Part shown: in pieces, positions 1-7,715 of the stretch
How the letters are laid out: every line of letters begins with the position of its first letter
Numbering within the stretch: the stretch's first letter is position 1
NCBI GenBank assembly: GCA_039799905.1
Contig: JBDLRP010000049.1
Coordinates: 1 to 46,273, forward strand
Origin: Pseudomonadota bacterium
Lineage (GTDB): Bacteria > Bdellovibrionota_B > Oligoflexia > Silvanigrellales > Silvanigrellaceae
Direction: 5' to 3'
DNA length: 46,273 nucleotides
Program-made: the position numbers and the translations under genes
The notes under the pieces: model-generated
What the model was told of the DNA's origin: nothing
Databases searched by the model: none
Seen by the model: only the letters and a program-made list of their open reading frames with translations

Positions 1-1
1 A

Positions 2-400
2 CTCGCCAGCTGGAGACGACACCTTCACGTCACCATAGGGCCGGCAATTGCAGGACGGTCTTACCCGTGTGGTGCCGACGTGAAGGATGCGCTCGAACGG
101 CACCTCGAGGAAAGATTACGCGCCGAGGACGGTTGGAGTGACCTTCATGAACAGGCCTTTGTGAACTCCCTGCACAGCCGCGGTGAATCACACACATCAG
201 CTGATAAAATTTATCCGGACCTACAGGCACTCATGACGATTGAGCTCTCTGCGGCCGGAATTCCCCTCGACCAACTGAGTATTATTCGGGAAAACACCTT
301 CGCAAGCAGATGGTGGCCCAGCCATCGCAGGGCAATGGCCGAGGGACGCTCGTCAGCGGGGAGGCTGGTTACGCACCTCTGTCCGCCGGCTTGCCCGTGA
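2..400 (+). CDS. pgeF: PgeF/YfiH-family (laccase-domain, purine nucleoside phosphorylase-like) protein, 5'-truncated by window edge
   Basis: Frame is open from base 2: HVTIGPAIAGRSYPCGADV resembles the family IGPxIxxxxYEVG motif; DL..EL..AGI...NT...WWPSHRR...GR resembles the C-terminal CT...FSYRR...GR motif. Confidence 0.7.
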   Translation, partial: LASWRRHLHVTIGPAIAGRSYPCGADVKDALERHLEERLRAEDGWSDLHEQAFVNSLHSRGESHTSADKIYPDLQALMTIELSAAGIPLDQLSIIRENTFASRWWPSHRRAMAEGRSSAGRLVTHLCPPACP

Positions 401-469
401 GTCCCAAACCGTGTTAGCACCCCGTGAATATTGAAAGTCTGTCGACCGCCGGACTCAAAGGAAAAGTGC

Positions 470-883
470 ATGTCGGATATCCCAAATTCAGCATATCGCT
501 ACGCTCTTGTTTTTTACGTCCTCTTTTTTGCGTTCATCTGGTACCTGTTCCATGCGTCCGGTCTGTTTATCGCGCAGCATTATATGCCGCAAAGCGCATC
601 CGGATTCAGTGTCGCGAACCCCAACTTTGCCAAGTGGAACTACCTGAGCGCGACCGTTCTCTCGGTCGTGGCTTTTGTCTTTTTGTTCGCGAGCCGCAAG
701 TTGAAGGATTACGTCGTCGATGTGGGCGATGAACTCACACGCGTGTCATGGGCCGACCTCAAGGAGACCCAGCGCGCAACTCTGATCGTCATAGTTCTGG
801 TCGCAGTTTCGTCGGTATTCATGTTCCTGTCCGACCTCGTTTTCGTTAAGTTTATACAGTTCATCATGAGTCAAGCTGCCTGA
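470..883 (+). CDS. secE: Preprotein translocase subunit SecE (3-TM form)
   Basis: ELTRVSW..KETQRATLIVIV SecE motif; AAGGA RBS before ATG 470; directly upstream of nusG. Confidence 0.93.
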   Translation: MSDIPNSAYRYALVFYVLFFAFIWYLFHASGLFIAQHYMPQSASGFSVANPNFAKWNYLSATVLSVVAFVFLFASRKLKDYVVDVGDELTRVSWADLKETQRATLIVIVLVAVSSVFMFLSDLVFVKFIQFIMSQAA

Positions 884-897
884 GGGGTCCGTGTAAA

Positions 898-1509
898 ATG
901 TCAGAAGAAATCCAGAACGCTGCCGATAACAGCCCAACAGTTCGCAACGAGCGCTTGCGCTGGTATGCCATCACAACCCAGTCGGGCATGGAAAAGAAAG
1001 CCAAAACAGCTCTCGAAGAGCGAATCAAAAAGCTGAATTTGTCCGACTACTTTGGACAAATCATCATCCCCTCGCAAACGATTGAAAAAATCGACGAGAA
1101 GGGCAAAAAGAAACGCGTAGAGCAAAAACTGATGCCTGGGTACATCTTCATCCAGATGGATCTCAGCGAGAAGTCTGCTTACCACTGCGTCAAAGACACC
1201 CCTAAAATTTCAAACTTCATTGGCGCAGCCCCCAACCGCGAGCCACCCGCCCTGTCGGATGAAGAAGTCGATCGCGTTATCAACCGCACGGCATATATGG
1301 CTAAGGAAATCGCCGCACGTCCGAAGATGAGCTTTGAAAAAGGCGAACGAGTGCGCGTGATCGACGGTCCGTTCACCAACTTTGTGGGTGATGTGGATGA
1401 AGTGAAGCCCGACAAGATGAAACTTCGCCTCTTGATCTCGGTGTTCGGACGCCCGACGCCTGTCGAAATCGAATTCAACAAAGTCGAGAAAGTCAAAGAA
1501 GGCGAGTGA
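898..1509 (+). CDS. nusG: Transcription termination/antitermination factor NusG
   Basis: WYAITTQSGME, PGYIFIQM, KOW motif GERVRVIDGPFTNFVG, SVFGRPTPVEIEF. Confidence 0.98.
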   Translation: MSEEIQNAADNSPTVRNERLRWYAITTQSGMEKKAKTALEERIKKLNLSDYFGQIIIPSQTIEKIDEKGKKKRVEQKLMPGYIFIQMDLSEKSAYHCVKDTPKISNFIGAAPNREPPALSDEEVDRVINRTAYMAKEIAARPKMSFEKGERVRVIDGPFTNFVGDVDEVKPDKMKLRLLISVFGRPTPVEIEFNKVEKVKEGE

Positions 1510-2606
1510 TGGACAAAATCAGCAGCAGGCCGTTGAGCTATGGCAGTTATCTTCGTGTCCCTGAACTGCTGAAACTCCAGTCACCAAAAAGCGCAGAACA
1601 AGGGAGAGAAGCTCACGACGAGCTTCTCTTCATTATTGTTCACCAAGCCCACGAACTTTGGTTCAAGCAGATTCTTCATGAATTGAAATCTGTCTGCAAA
1701 ATCTTCTCAGACAACGTCGTTGACGAGAAAATGATGGGCTCTGCCGTTGCGCGACTCACACGCATTACCGAGATCCAAAAAGTCCTGATCGATCATCTGC
1801 GCATTCTTGAAACCATGACACCGCTCGACTTTCTCGAATTCCGCGATCTGGTTTCGCCGGCATCCGGTTTTCAAAGTGTCCAGTTTAGAATTCTGGAATC
1901 GGTTTTGGGGGTAAAGCGCGAGCACCCGTTACTGGCAAATCGTGAGTCTCCCTTCGCCAAGACTCTGAGCCCCGAAGAAATCAGCGAAATGGATCAGGCT
2001 GAAAATTCACCCTCGCTTTTTGCGCTGGTAGAACGTTGGCTTGAAAGAACCCCGTTTATTGAAACCAAAGATGGCTTTACGTTCTGGCAGGCTTATCAAT
2101 CAGCTTTGCAAAGCCACCTGACACGAGATCGGCAATACATCAGCCAACACCCCTTGCTCGCGGAAGACGAAAAAAACAGGCAGCTCGGTGAAGTTGGAAA
2201 AACAGAAAACTATTTCAAGGCTCTCTTCGAAGAGAAAATGCATTCAGAACTTGTCAGCCAGGGTGTGCGCAGACTTTCTCTGAAGGCAACTCACGCTGCT
2301 CTCTTCATCCAGCTTTATAGGGAAGAACCGATTCTACACTTACCCTTCAGAATGCTGACACTTTTGGTCGACATTGATGAATTGCTTCAACAGTGGCGGG
2401 CTCAACACGCCATCATGGTGCATCGGATGATTGGCATACGGGTTGGAACAGGCGGCTCGCTGGGCTATGCTTACCTACGTTCGACCCTCGACAAAACAAA
2501 AGTCTTTGCAGATCTCTTCAATCTGTCGACCTTTTTATTGCCGCGGTCGTCACTGCCGATTTTGCCCGAATCGTTGCGCAACCGACTCGGGTTTGTTTCG
2601 CAATAA
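1509..2606 (+). CDS. kynA: Tryptophan 2,3-dioxygenase (long form)
   Basis: HDELLFIIVHQAHELWFKQ, PASGFQSVQFR, H..MVHRMIG, GTGGS motifs; ATG overlaps the nusG stop (TGATG); alternative GTG at 1506. Confidence 0.95.
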   Translation: MDKISSRPLSYGSYLRVPELLKLQSPKSAEQGREAHDELLFIIVHQAHELWFKQILHELKSVCKIFSDNVVDEKMMGSAVARLTRITEIQKVLIDHLRILETMTPLDFLEFRDLVSPASGFQSVQFRILESVLGVKREHPLLANRESPFAKTLSPEEISEMDQAENSPSLFALVERWLERTPFIETKDGFTFWQAYQSALQSHLTRDRQYISQHPLLAEDEKNRQLGEVGKTENYFKALFEEKMHSELVSQGVRRLSLKATHAALFIQLYREEPILHLPFRMLTLLVDIDELLQQWRAQHAIMVHRMIGIRVGTGGSLGYAYLRSTLDKTKVFADLFNLSTFLLPRSSLPILPESLRNRLGFVSQ

Positions 2607-2621
2607 ACAGCCGAGAGGCCC

Positions 2622-3413
2622 ATGAATATGCTGAAAACCCGCAAAGAGTCTCAGAAGCGACTCCTTCTTGCTCTTTCCTTTTTATTTTCGTTCGCGGGAA
2701 CTTCAAGCTGCATCAAGAGCGCGCTGCAAACCCAAGACAGCATGACGGAATCCGAATTTGTTCAACTGCACGCAAACTGCGGCGGAAAACGTGTCTTTCT
2801 TTTTTCCAACGTAGAAACAACTATCGCCGGTCGCAAAGAGAAAGACTGGGGATGCTGGTATACGGCAAGCTCAGATAAAGTCTTTGCCACTCCGAGCGAT
2901 TCCGAACTGCGTGCGCTTTTTTCCAATGCCCGACCTGTCGTGCGCAACTATGTAAATCTTAATACACTGACAAAACGCGTTGCTGACGTTGATTCACAAC
3001 GATCAACTGTCATGTGGTTGGGAGTTGCGGTTGCCATGGTCGGCTGCGGCGTTGCTGCTGGCGGGACTTTCGGAATTGCACTCGCGGGTTGTGCTTTACT
3101 CGGAGCCGCGCCGGCGAGCTATGACGTCATGGGCGGAGATCCATCCATAGGCGCGGGCGAGGCATGGAGAAAACTCTCCGAAATGACACCAGCCGAAGTG
3201 ACGAAAATGGAATGCAACGCGACCAAGACAATCGCGGAACAAGCGCGACACATTGATCTGGGTGGATTGCTGCGCTCTGAGGGAGCATCGAAAGTCCCAT
3301 GCCCGAGTGCCAAAACACTGTTGAGCAAATACGATAAAATCCGCGGTTTGCAGGTGGGAGCACACGAAGTAAAGAACCGTCCGATCAGCAACGATGGAAA
3401 AGGTAAGAAATAA
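2622..3413 (+). CDS. Hypothetical lipoprotein with Gly/Ala-rich hydrophobic hairpin
   Basis: 263-aa ORF; basic N-terminus, hydrophobic stretch and GTSSC lipobox-like site; internal GVAVAMVGCGVAAGGTFGIALAGCALLG. Confidence 0.7.
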   Translation: MNMLKTRKESQKRLLLALSFLFSFAGTSSCIKSALQTQDSMTESEFVQLHANCGGKRVFLFSNVETTIAGRKEKDWGCWYTASSDKVFATPSDSELRALFSNARPVVRNYVNLNTLTKRVADVDSQRSTVMWLGVAVAMVGCGVAAGGTFGIALAGCALLGAAPASYDVMGGDPSIGAGEAWRKLSEMTPAEVTKMECNATKTIAEQARHIDLGGLLRSEGASKVPCPSAKTLLSKYDKIRGLQVGAHEVKNRPISNDGKGKK

Positions 3414-3591
3414 ACGAACCCCCATCGATTCACGCATGGCTGCGTTTTCGTCCAAATGCAAAGTTGAAGACGTAAGTTTTGAGAAGCTGGAAAAAGTCAG
3501 ACCAGCGCGGGGCTCGACTGTGAAGAGAAATTCTTTCGAAGGGAAAAACCGTATTTGAGGGTTTCTCTGGAAAGAACGAGTTGAACAAAAT

Positions 3592-3630
3592 GCAAAAAAA
3601 AACCTCCCGTTAGGGAGGTCTTTTTTTTGC
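3592..3630. terminator. Bidirectional intrinsic terminator
   Basis: A-tract, ACCTCCC-GTTA-GGGAGGT hairpin, T-tract; lies between convergent genes, about 35 nt downstream of the tuf stop. Confidence 0.9.
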
Positions 3631-3663
3631 GTGGACTCAAAGCCCACGCTGTTGTTCAGAGGA

Positions 3664-4860
3664 TTAGCCCTGAACAGTCGACACAGTACCAGCGCCAACC
3701 GTACGGCCACCTTCGCGAATCGCGAAGCGCAGACCTGGCTCCATCGCAACTGGAGTGATCAGCTCGACGCTGATCTCTACGTTGTCGCCTGGCATAACCA
3801 TTTCCACGTTTGCAGGAAGCTCAACAACACCAGTCACGTCCGTTGTACGGAAGTAGAACTGAGGACGGTAGCCCTTGAAGAAAGGCTTGTGACGGCCGCC
3901 TTCGTCTTTGTTGAGAATATACACTTGAGCCTTGAACTTGCTGAAAGGCTTGATTGAGCCTGTTTTAGCAAGAACTTGTCCGCGCTCAACGTCTTCACGC
4001 TTCGTACCACGGAGCAGAACGCCCACGTTGTCACCAGCTTGACCTTGGTCGAGGATCTTACGGAACATTTCAACGCCAGTACAAGTCGTCTTTGTCGTCG
4101 GACGGATACCAACGATTTCGATTTCGTCACCTGTTCTAACGATACCTTGCTCAACGCGACCGGTCACAACAGTTCCGCGGCCAGAAATCGAGAACACGTC
4201 TTCGATTGGCATAAGGAACGGCTTGTCGAGGGGACGAGCTGGCTCAGCAATATAAGTGTCGACAGCGTCCATCAGTTCAAAGATGCACTTGCTTGCTGCG
4301 TCATCGCGAGCGCCTGTGCCTTTTTCAAGTGCACCAAGAGCCGAACCGCGGACGATTGGAGTGTCATCACCAGGGAACTTGTACTTGCTTAGAAGGTCAC
4401 GAACTTCCATTTCGACGAGGTCGATGAGTTCAGGGTCAGCGATGTCGCACTTGTTCAAGAAGACAACGATGAACGGAACGCCAACCTGACGAGCCAAAAG
4501 GATGTGCTCGCGAGTCTGTGGCATTGGGCCGTCAGTTGCAGCAACGACGAGAATCGCGCCGTCCATCTGAGCCGCACCGGTAATCATGTTCTTCACGTAG
4601 TCGGCGTGCCCGGGGCAGTCCACGTGAGCGTAGTGACGCTTCTCGGTTTCGTACTCGATGTGGGACGCGTTGATCGTAATACCGCGAGCTTTCTCTTCAG
4701 GCGCTTTGTCGATTTCATCGAACTTTGTAGCGGTCTTGTTGAAAGCCTTCGCCAACACAGAAGAGATCGCTGCTGTCAGCGTCGTCTTACCGTGGTCAAC
4801 GTGACCAATTGTACCGATGTTCATATGAGGCTTGGATCGCTCAAATTTTTCCTTTGCCAC
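3664..4860 (-). CDS. tuf: Elongation factor Tu
   Basis: [47 protein letters not shown] start with GGAGG RBS. Confidence 0.99.
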   Translation of the reverse strand: MAKEKFERSKPHMNIGTIGHVDHGKTTLTAAISSVLAKAFNKTATKFDEIDKAPEEKARGITINASHIEYETEKRHYAHVDCPGHADYVKNMITGAAQMDGAILVVAATDGPMPQTREHILLARQVGVPFIVVFLNKCDIADPELIDLVEMEVRDLLSKYKFPGDDTPIVRGSALGALEKGTGARDDAASKCIFELMDAVDTYIAEPARPLDKPFLMPIEDVFSISGRGTVVTGRVEQGIVRTGDEIEIVGIRPTTKTTCTGVEMFRKILDQGQAGDNVGVLLRGTKREDVERGQVLAKTGSIKPFSKFKAQVYILNKDEGGRHKPFFKGYRPQFYFRTTDVTGVVELPANVEMVMPGDNVEISVELITPVAMEPGLRFAIREGGRTVGAGTVSTVQG

Positions 4861-4931
4861 CGCGGCTTCCTCCAGACAATAAAACGATTTATAACCGCCC
4901 CGAATGTCTTAAGGGCGGGCACGGTCGGGCA

Positions 4932-4960
4932 GTGATACAAAACCTGTTTTTAAATTGCAA
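4932..4960 (-). promoter_or_regulatory. Candidate sigma70 promoter for tuf
   Basis: Minus strand reads TTGCAA-N17-TATCAC about 70 nt upstream of the tuf start; the -10 lacks the conserved final T. Confidence 0.4.
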
Positions 4961-4987
4961 CCTGCCCCCCCAAGCTTTTTGACCTAA

Positions 4988-5473
4988 TTAATCGTCGTCC
5001 GAGTCGGGACCGGAACTGTCGACCCGGCGCCTGACGAGCATCTCGCGCAGGGCTTTCTGCCGCTGCAAGGTATAAGAGCCTTCTCCGGACAGCTCGCTGA
5101 GTTGCCGCAATCGCTCTGGATTATAAAAAGAATCAAAAGATACAACAGGTTGCTCGACAAACTCGGGCGTCACAGGAAAGGTCGCTTCCAGCGGGATATT
5201 CCTGACAACCTTCCACCAACTGGCGACAAAAACCGCAATCAGGGTCGTCAGCATAGCGCTGTACGAGAGCTGAAAGATGCCAAAGACCCCAGGAATAATA
5301 ATAAACAAAAGGCCCGCAACAAAAACTTGAATTCCTGAATATGTCCACGCGTTGAGCAGATCTGTGCGCCACGTTCTGAGGTTGATGGGAAGAAGCAGGA
5401 ATGCAAGCTGCGCGGACACTGAAATTGTGACCGGTAGATAGATATGAATGATCTGGTCCCATTCGAATTTCAT
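4988..5473 (-). CDS. Hypothetical membrane protein (about 3 TM helices plus soluble tail)
   Basis: Three hydrophobic segments followed by a charged C-terminus; fills the gap between tuf and the divergent operon; start uncertain (5473 or 5482). Confidence 0.65.
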   Translation of the reverse strand: MKFEWDQIIHIYLPVTISVSAQLAFLLLPINLRTWRTDLLNAWTYSGIQVFVAGLLFIIIPGVFGIFQLSYSAMLTTLIAVFVASWWKVVRNIPLEATFPVTPEFVEQPVVSFDSFYNPERLRQLSELSGEGSYTLQRQKALREMLVRRRVDSSGPDSDDD

Positions 5474-5589
5474 GGGTTGCACCCCCGCCCTCTGTCCCGT
5501 AACGTCATCGGCCCAAGCAGGCCGCGTTTTGCGCTCCGAGTTCGCCGCTGCGCCAACGTGCCGTCACTGAGCTGCAAGGAGTTCCCAGT

Positions 5590-6603
5590 ATGAAGCTTTA
5601 CATGATCCCCGAATGTCCTTTCGTCCACCGCGTTCTGCTCGCGTGCGACGTGCGCAGAATTTCCGAATCTCAACTCGATAAATGCCGGATCAATCTCGCT
5701 CAGCCGCCTGCCGAAATGCTCGCCATCAACCCATCAGGCAGCGTTCCCACGTTGCAATTTGATGACGGCCGCGGATTCCACGAAAGCCTCGTCATCATGG
5801 AATATCTCGACACACTGAGCGCGCCGGGAGCGAAGATTTATGGCGACAACCCACGTTCAATTGCAGAAACAAAAGTCATCTGGGAAGCGGCCAGCAGTAA
5901 GTTGCTTGGACCTGCTCAACAGGCACTGTATTCGTTTGGCAACATCAACCTGATCAAGCAGGTTGCATCTCAGCTTGATGCGGGTTGGGTATGGCTTGAC
6001 CATACTTTGCAGACGCGCGGCGGCCCGTTTTTCGGAGGCACGGAACTCAATTTCATTGACATCAGTTTGGCACCATTTTTGATTCGACTTCCCTTCGCTT
6101 CAGAAATATTTCCTCAGATTAAATTGCCTTCTGCTGAATCTCACTCAGGCAAATACCTGCAAAGCCTGATCGCACGCTGCGAAAAAAGTGGTGTTTTTCC
6201 AGCTCATGCGACTCTCCGAGAGGTGACAGAAAAGTTCAGCCGCCCGCACGCGCTTTTTCTTAATGTTCAGAACGCGCCACGCACTCTTATTGAAGATCCG
6301 AAGTCTGCGCTGATTGCATCAGGAGGCCAACTTTCAGCATGGAAAGTAGAGCGCGATCAGCATGGTTTTTGTCTTCAGGCCACGTTTCAGTTCAAGGACC
6401 ACGGTGATGCCGTCAACAAAATGAAGTGGCTTCATGATGCGCAGGAAATCTGTGACCATCACACGTCATTTACGCTGCGCGATTTTGCGTCTGTCGACAT
6501 TCTTCTGGTCACCCACGAACCGCGCTGGGGTGTGACCGAAAAAGACCTCACCATGGCAAAGCTTTTGCAGGAATATTTTCTGAAAGGACACCTTCCATCA
6601 TGA
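5590..6603 (+). CDS. Fusion of Cys-type glutathione S-transferase (CPF motif) and pterin-4a-carbinolamine dehydratase (PCD/PhhB-like) domain
   Basis: N-terminal CPFVHR, NPSGSVPTL, ESLVIMEYLD, FFGG..NFIDI (GST); C-terminal ATFQFKD..A...EICDHHT...VDILLVTHE..GVTEKDLTMA (PCD); AAGGAG RBS. Confidence 0.85.
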   Translation: MKLYMIPECPFVHRVLLACDVRRISESQLDKCRINLAQPPAEMLAINPSGSVPTLQFDDGRGFHESLVIMEYLDTLSAPGAKIYGDNPRSIAETKVIWEAASSKLLGPAQQALYSFGNINLIKQVASQLDAGWVWLDHTLQTRGGPFFGGTELNFIDISLAPFLIRLPFASEIFPQIKLPSAESHSGKYLQSLIARCEKSGVFPAHATLREVTEKFSRPHALFLNVQNAPRTLIEDPKSALIASGGQLSAWKVERDQHGFCLQATFQFKDHGDAVNKMKWLHDAQEICDHHTSFTLRDFASVDILLVTHEPRWGVTEKDLTMAKLLQEYFLKGHLPS

Positions 6604-7715
6604 TCGCAACTTCAACCGCACCAAGCCTTGAAGCGATTCGCTATACGCGCGGCTCTTTGGAGATACTTGATCAGCTCAAACTTCCCCACTCGACTCAATT
6701 TCTTGCGCTGACGAACTGTGAACAGGCGGCCGATGCGATCAAAACGATGAAAGTCCGCGGCGCTCCGGCGATTGCCGTCACAGCCGCACTGAGTCTCGCG
6801 GTTGAAATCATCGAGTTGGTCAAAAGGTCTGACAATCTCAAAAAATTCATCAAAGAAGTTGAATCCAGACTGACAATTCTCGGCAACAGCCGCCCCACGG
6901 CCGTCAATCTATTCGAAGCCATTGGCAAATTGAAAGGCATTGTCGGCACCTGTGCAGAAACTCTTCCGGACACCCAGCAGTCTGCCAATATTCTAGCTGA
7001 AAGAATCATTTCTTACGCGGAAGGAATGCTCGAAAAAGACCTCGCCGACAACCGCGCGATTGGCGCTTTCGGGGCCGATCTTTTCAAAGGTTCCGACCGC
7101 TCATCATTGCGCATTCTGACTCACTGCAACACTGGCAGTCTCGCAACCGTCGGATACGGAACTGCACTTGGAGTGATCCGCGCCCTGAATGAACGCAATC
7201 AGCTGGCGCATGCATTTGCAACCGAAACGAGGCCATACAACCAAGGCGCACGCCTGACAGCATTTGAGCTTGTATTTGAAAAAATACCTGCCACATTGAT
7301 CACCGACTCCATGGCATCCTTTTTGATGAAGCAACAAAAAATAGATGCTGTTGTGGTTGGTGCGGATAGAGTTGTGGCCAACGGCGATACGGCAAATAAA
7401 ATAGGCACCTACCAACTTGCCATCGCCGCGCAATATCATTCTGTGCCATTCTACGTCGCGGCGCCGCTGACGTCGGTCGATCTGACAATTCCAACCGGCG
7501 CTGGAATTCATATTGAAGAGCGTCCCGCGGGTGAACTGACGCACATCTTCGGCCAGCGTCTGGCGGCCGACGGAATTGGCGTGTGGAACCCCTCGTTCGA
7601 CGTGACCCCCGCGCAACTCATCAGCGGAATCATAACCGAGCACGGCGTGATCACCAGAAATTCCGGCAGCGCTGCCTTCGACGTGGCTGGCTTTGTCAAA
7701 GGACTCGACCGATGA
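6600..7715 (+). CDS. mtnA: S-methyl-5-thioribose-1-phosphate isomerase
   Basis: VRGAPAI, SRPTAVNL, THCNTGSLAT, ETRP..QGARLT, GADR..ANGDTANKIGT, NPSFDVTP; ATGA overlap with the upstream gene. Confidence 0.97.
   Translation: MIATSTAPSLEAIRYTRGSLEILDQLKLPHSTQFLALTNCEQAADAIKTMKVRGAPAIAVTAALSLAVEIIELVKRSDNLKKFIKEVESRLTILGNSRPTAVNLFEAIGKLKGIVGTCAETLPDTQQSANILAERIISYAEGMLEKDLADNRAIGAFGADLFKGSDRSSLRILTHCNTGSLATVGYGTALGVIRALNERNQLAHAFATETRPYNQGARLTAFELVFEKIPATLITDSMASFLMKQQKIDAVVVGADRVVANGDTANKIGTYQLAIAAQYHSVPFYVAAPLTSVDLTIPTGAGIHIEERPAGELTHIFGQRLAADGIGVWNPSFDVTPAQLISGIITEHGVITRNSGSAAFDVAGFVKGLDR

Noticed and set aside
401..469. Expected tRNA-Trp/rpmG upstream of secE, and tRNAs upstream of tuf (4861-4987)
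   Set aside because: No cloverleaf or GTTCRA T-loop; the gap before secE is too short
3436..3558. 40-codon small ORF (MAAFSSKCK...) before the terminator
   Set aside because: No RBS or recognisable motif; cannot be supported without ribosome profiling
3096..3749. 217-aa minus-strand ORF
   Set aside because: Runs through the tuf 3' end and its terminator and is antisense to the lipoprotein gene; no motifs
5483..5589. SAM/SAH riboswitch upstream of the mtn operon
   Set aside because: No S-box or SAH consensus recognisable on either strand; an Rfam scan would be decisive
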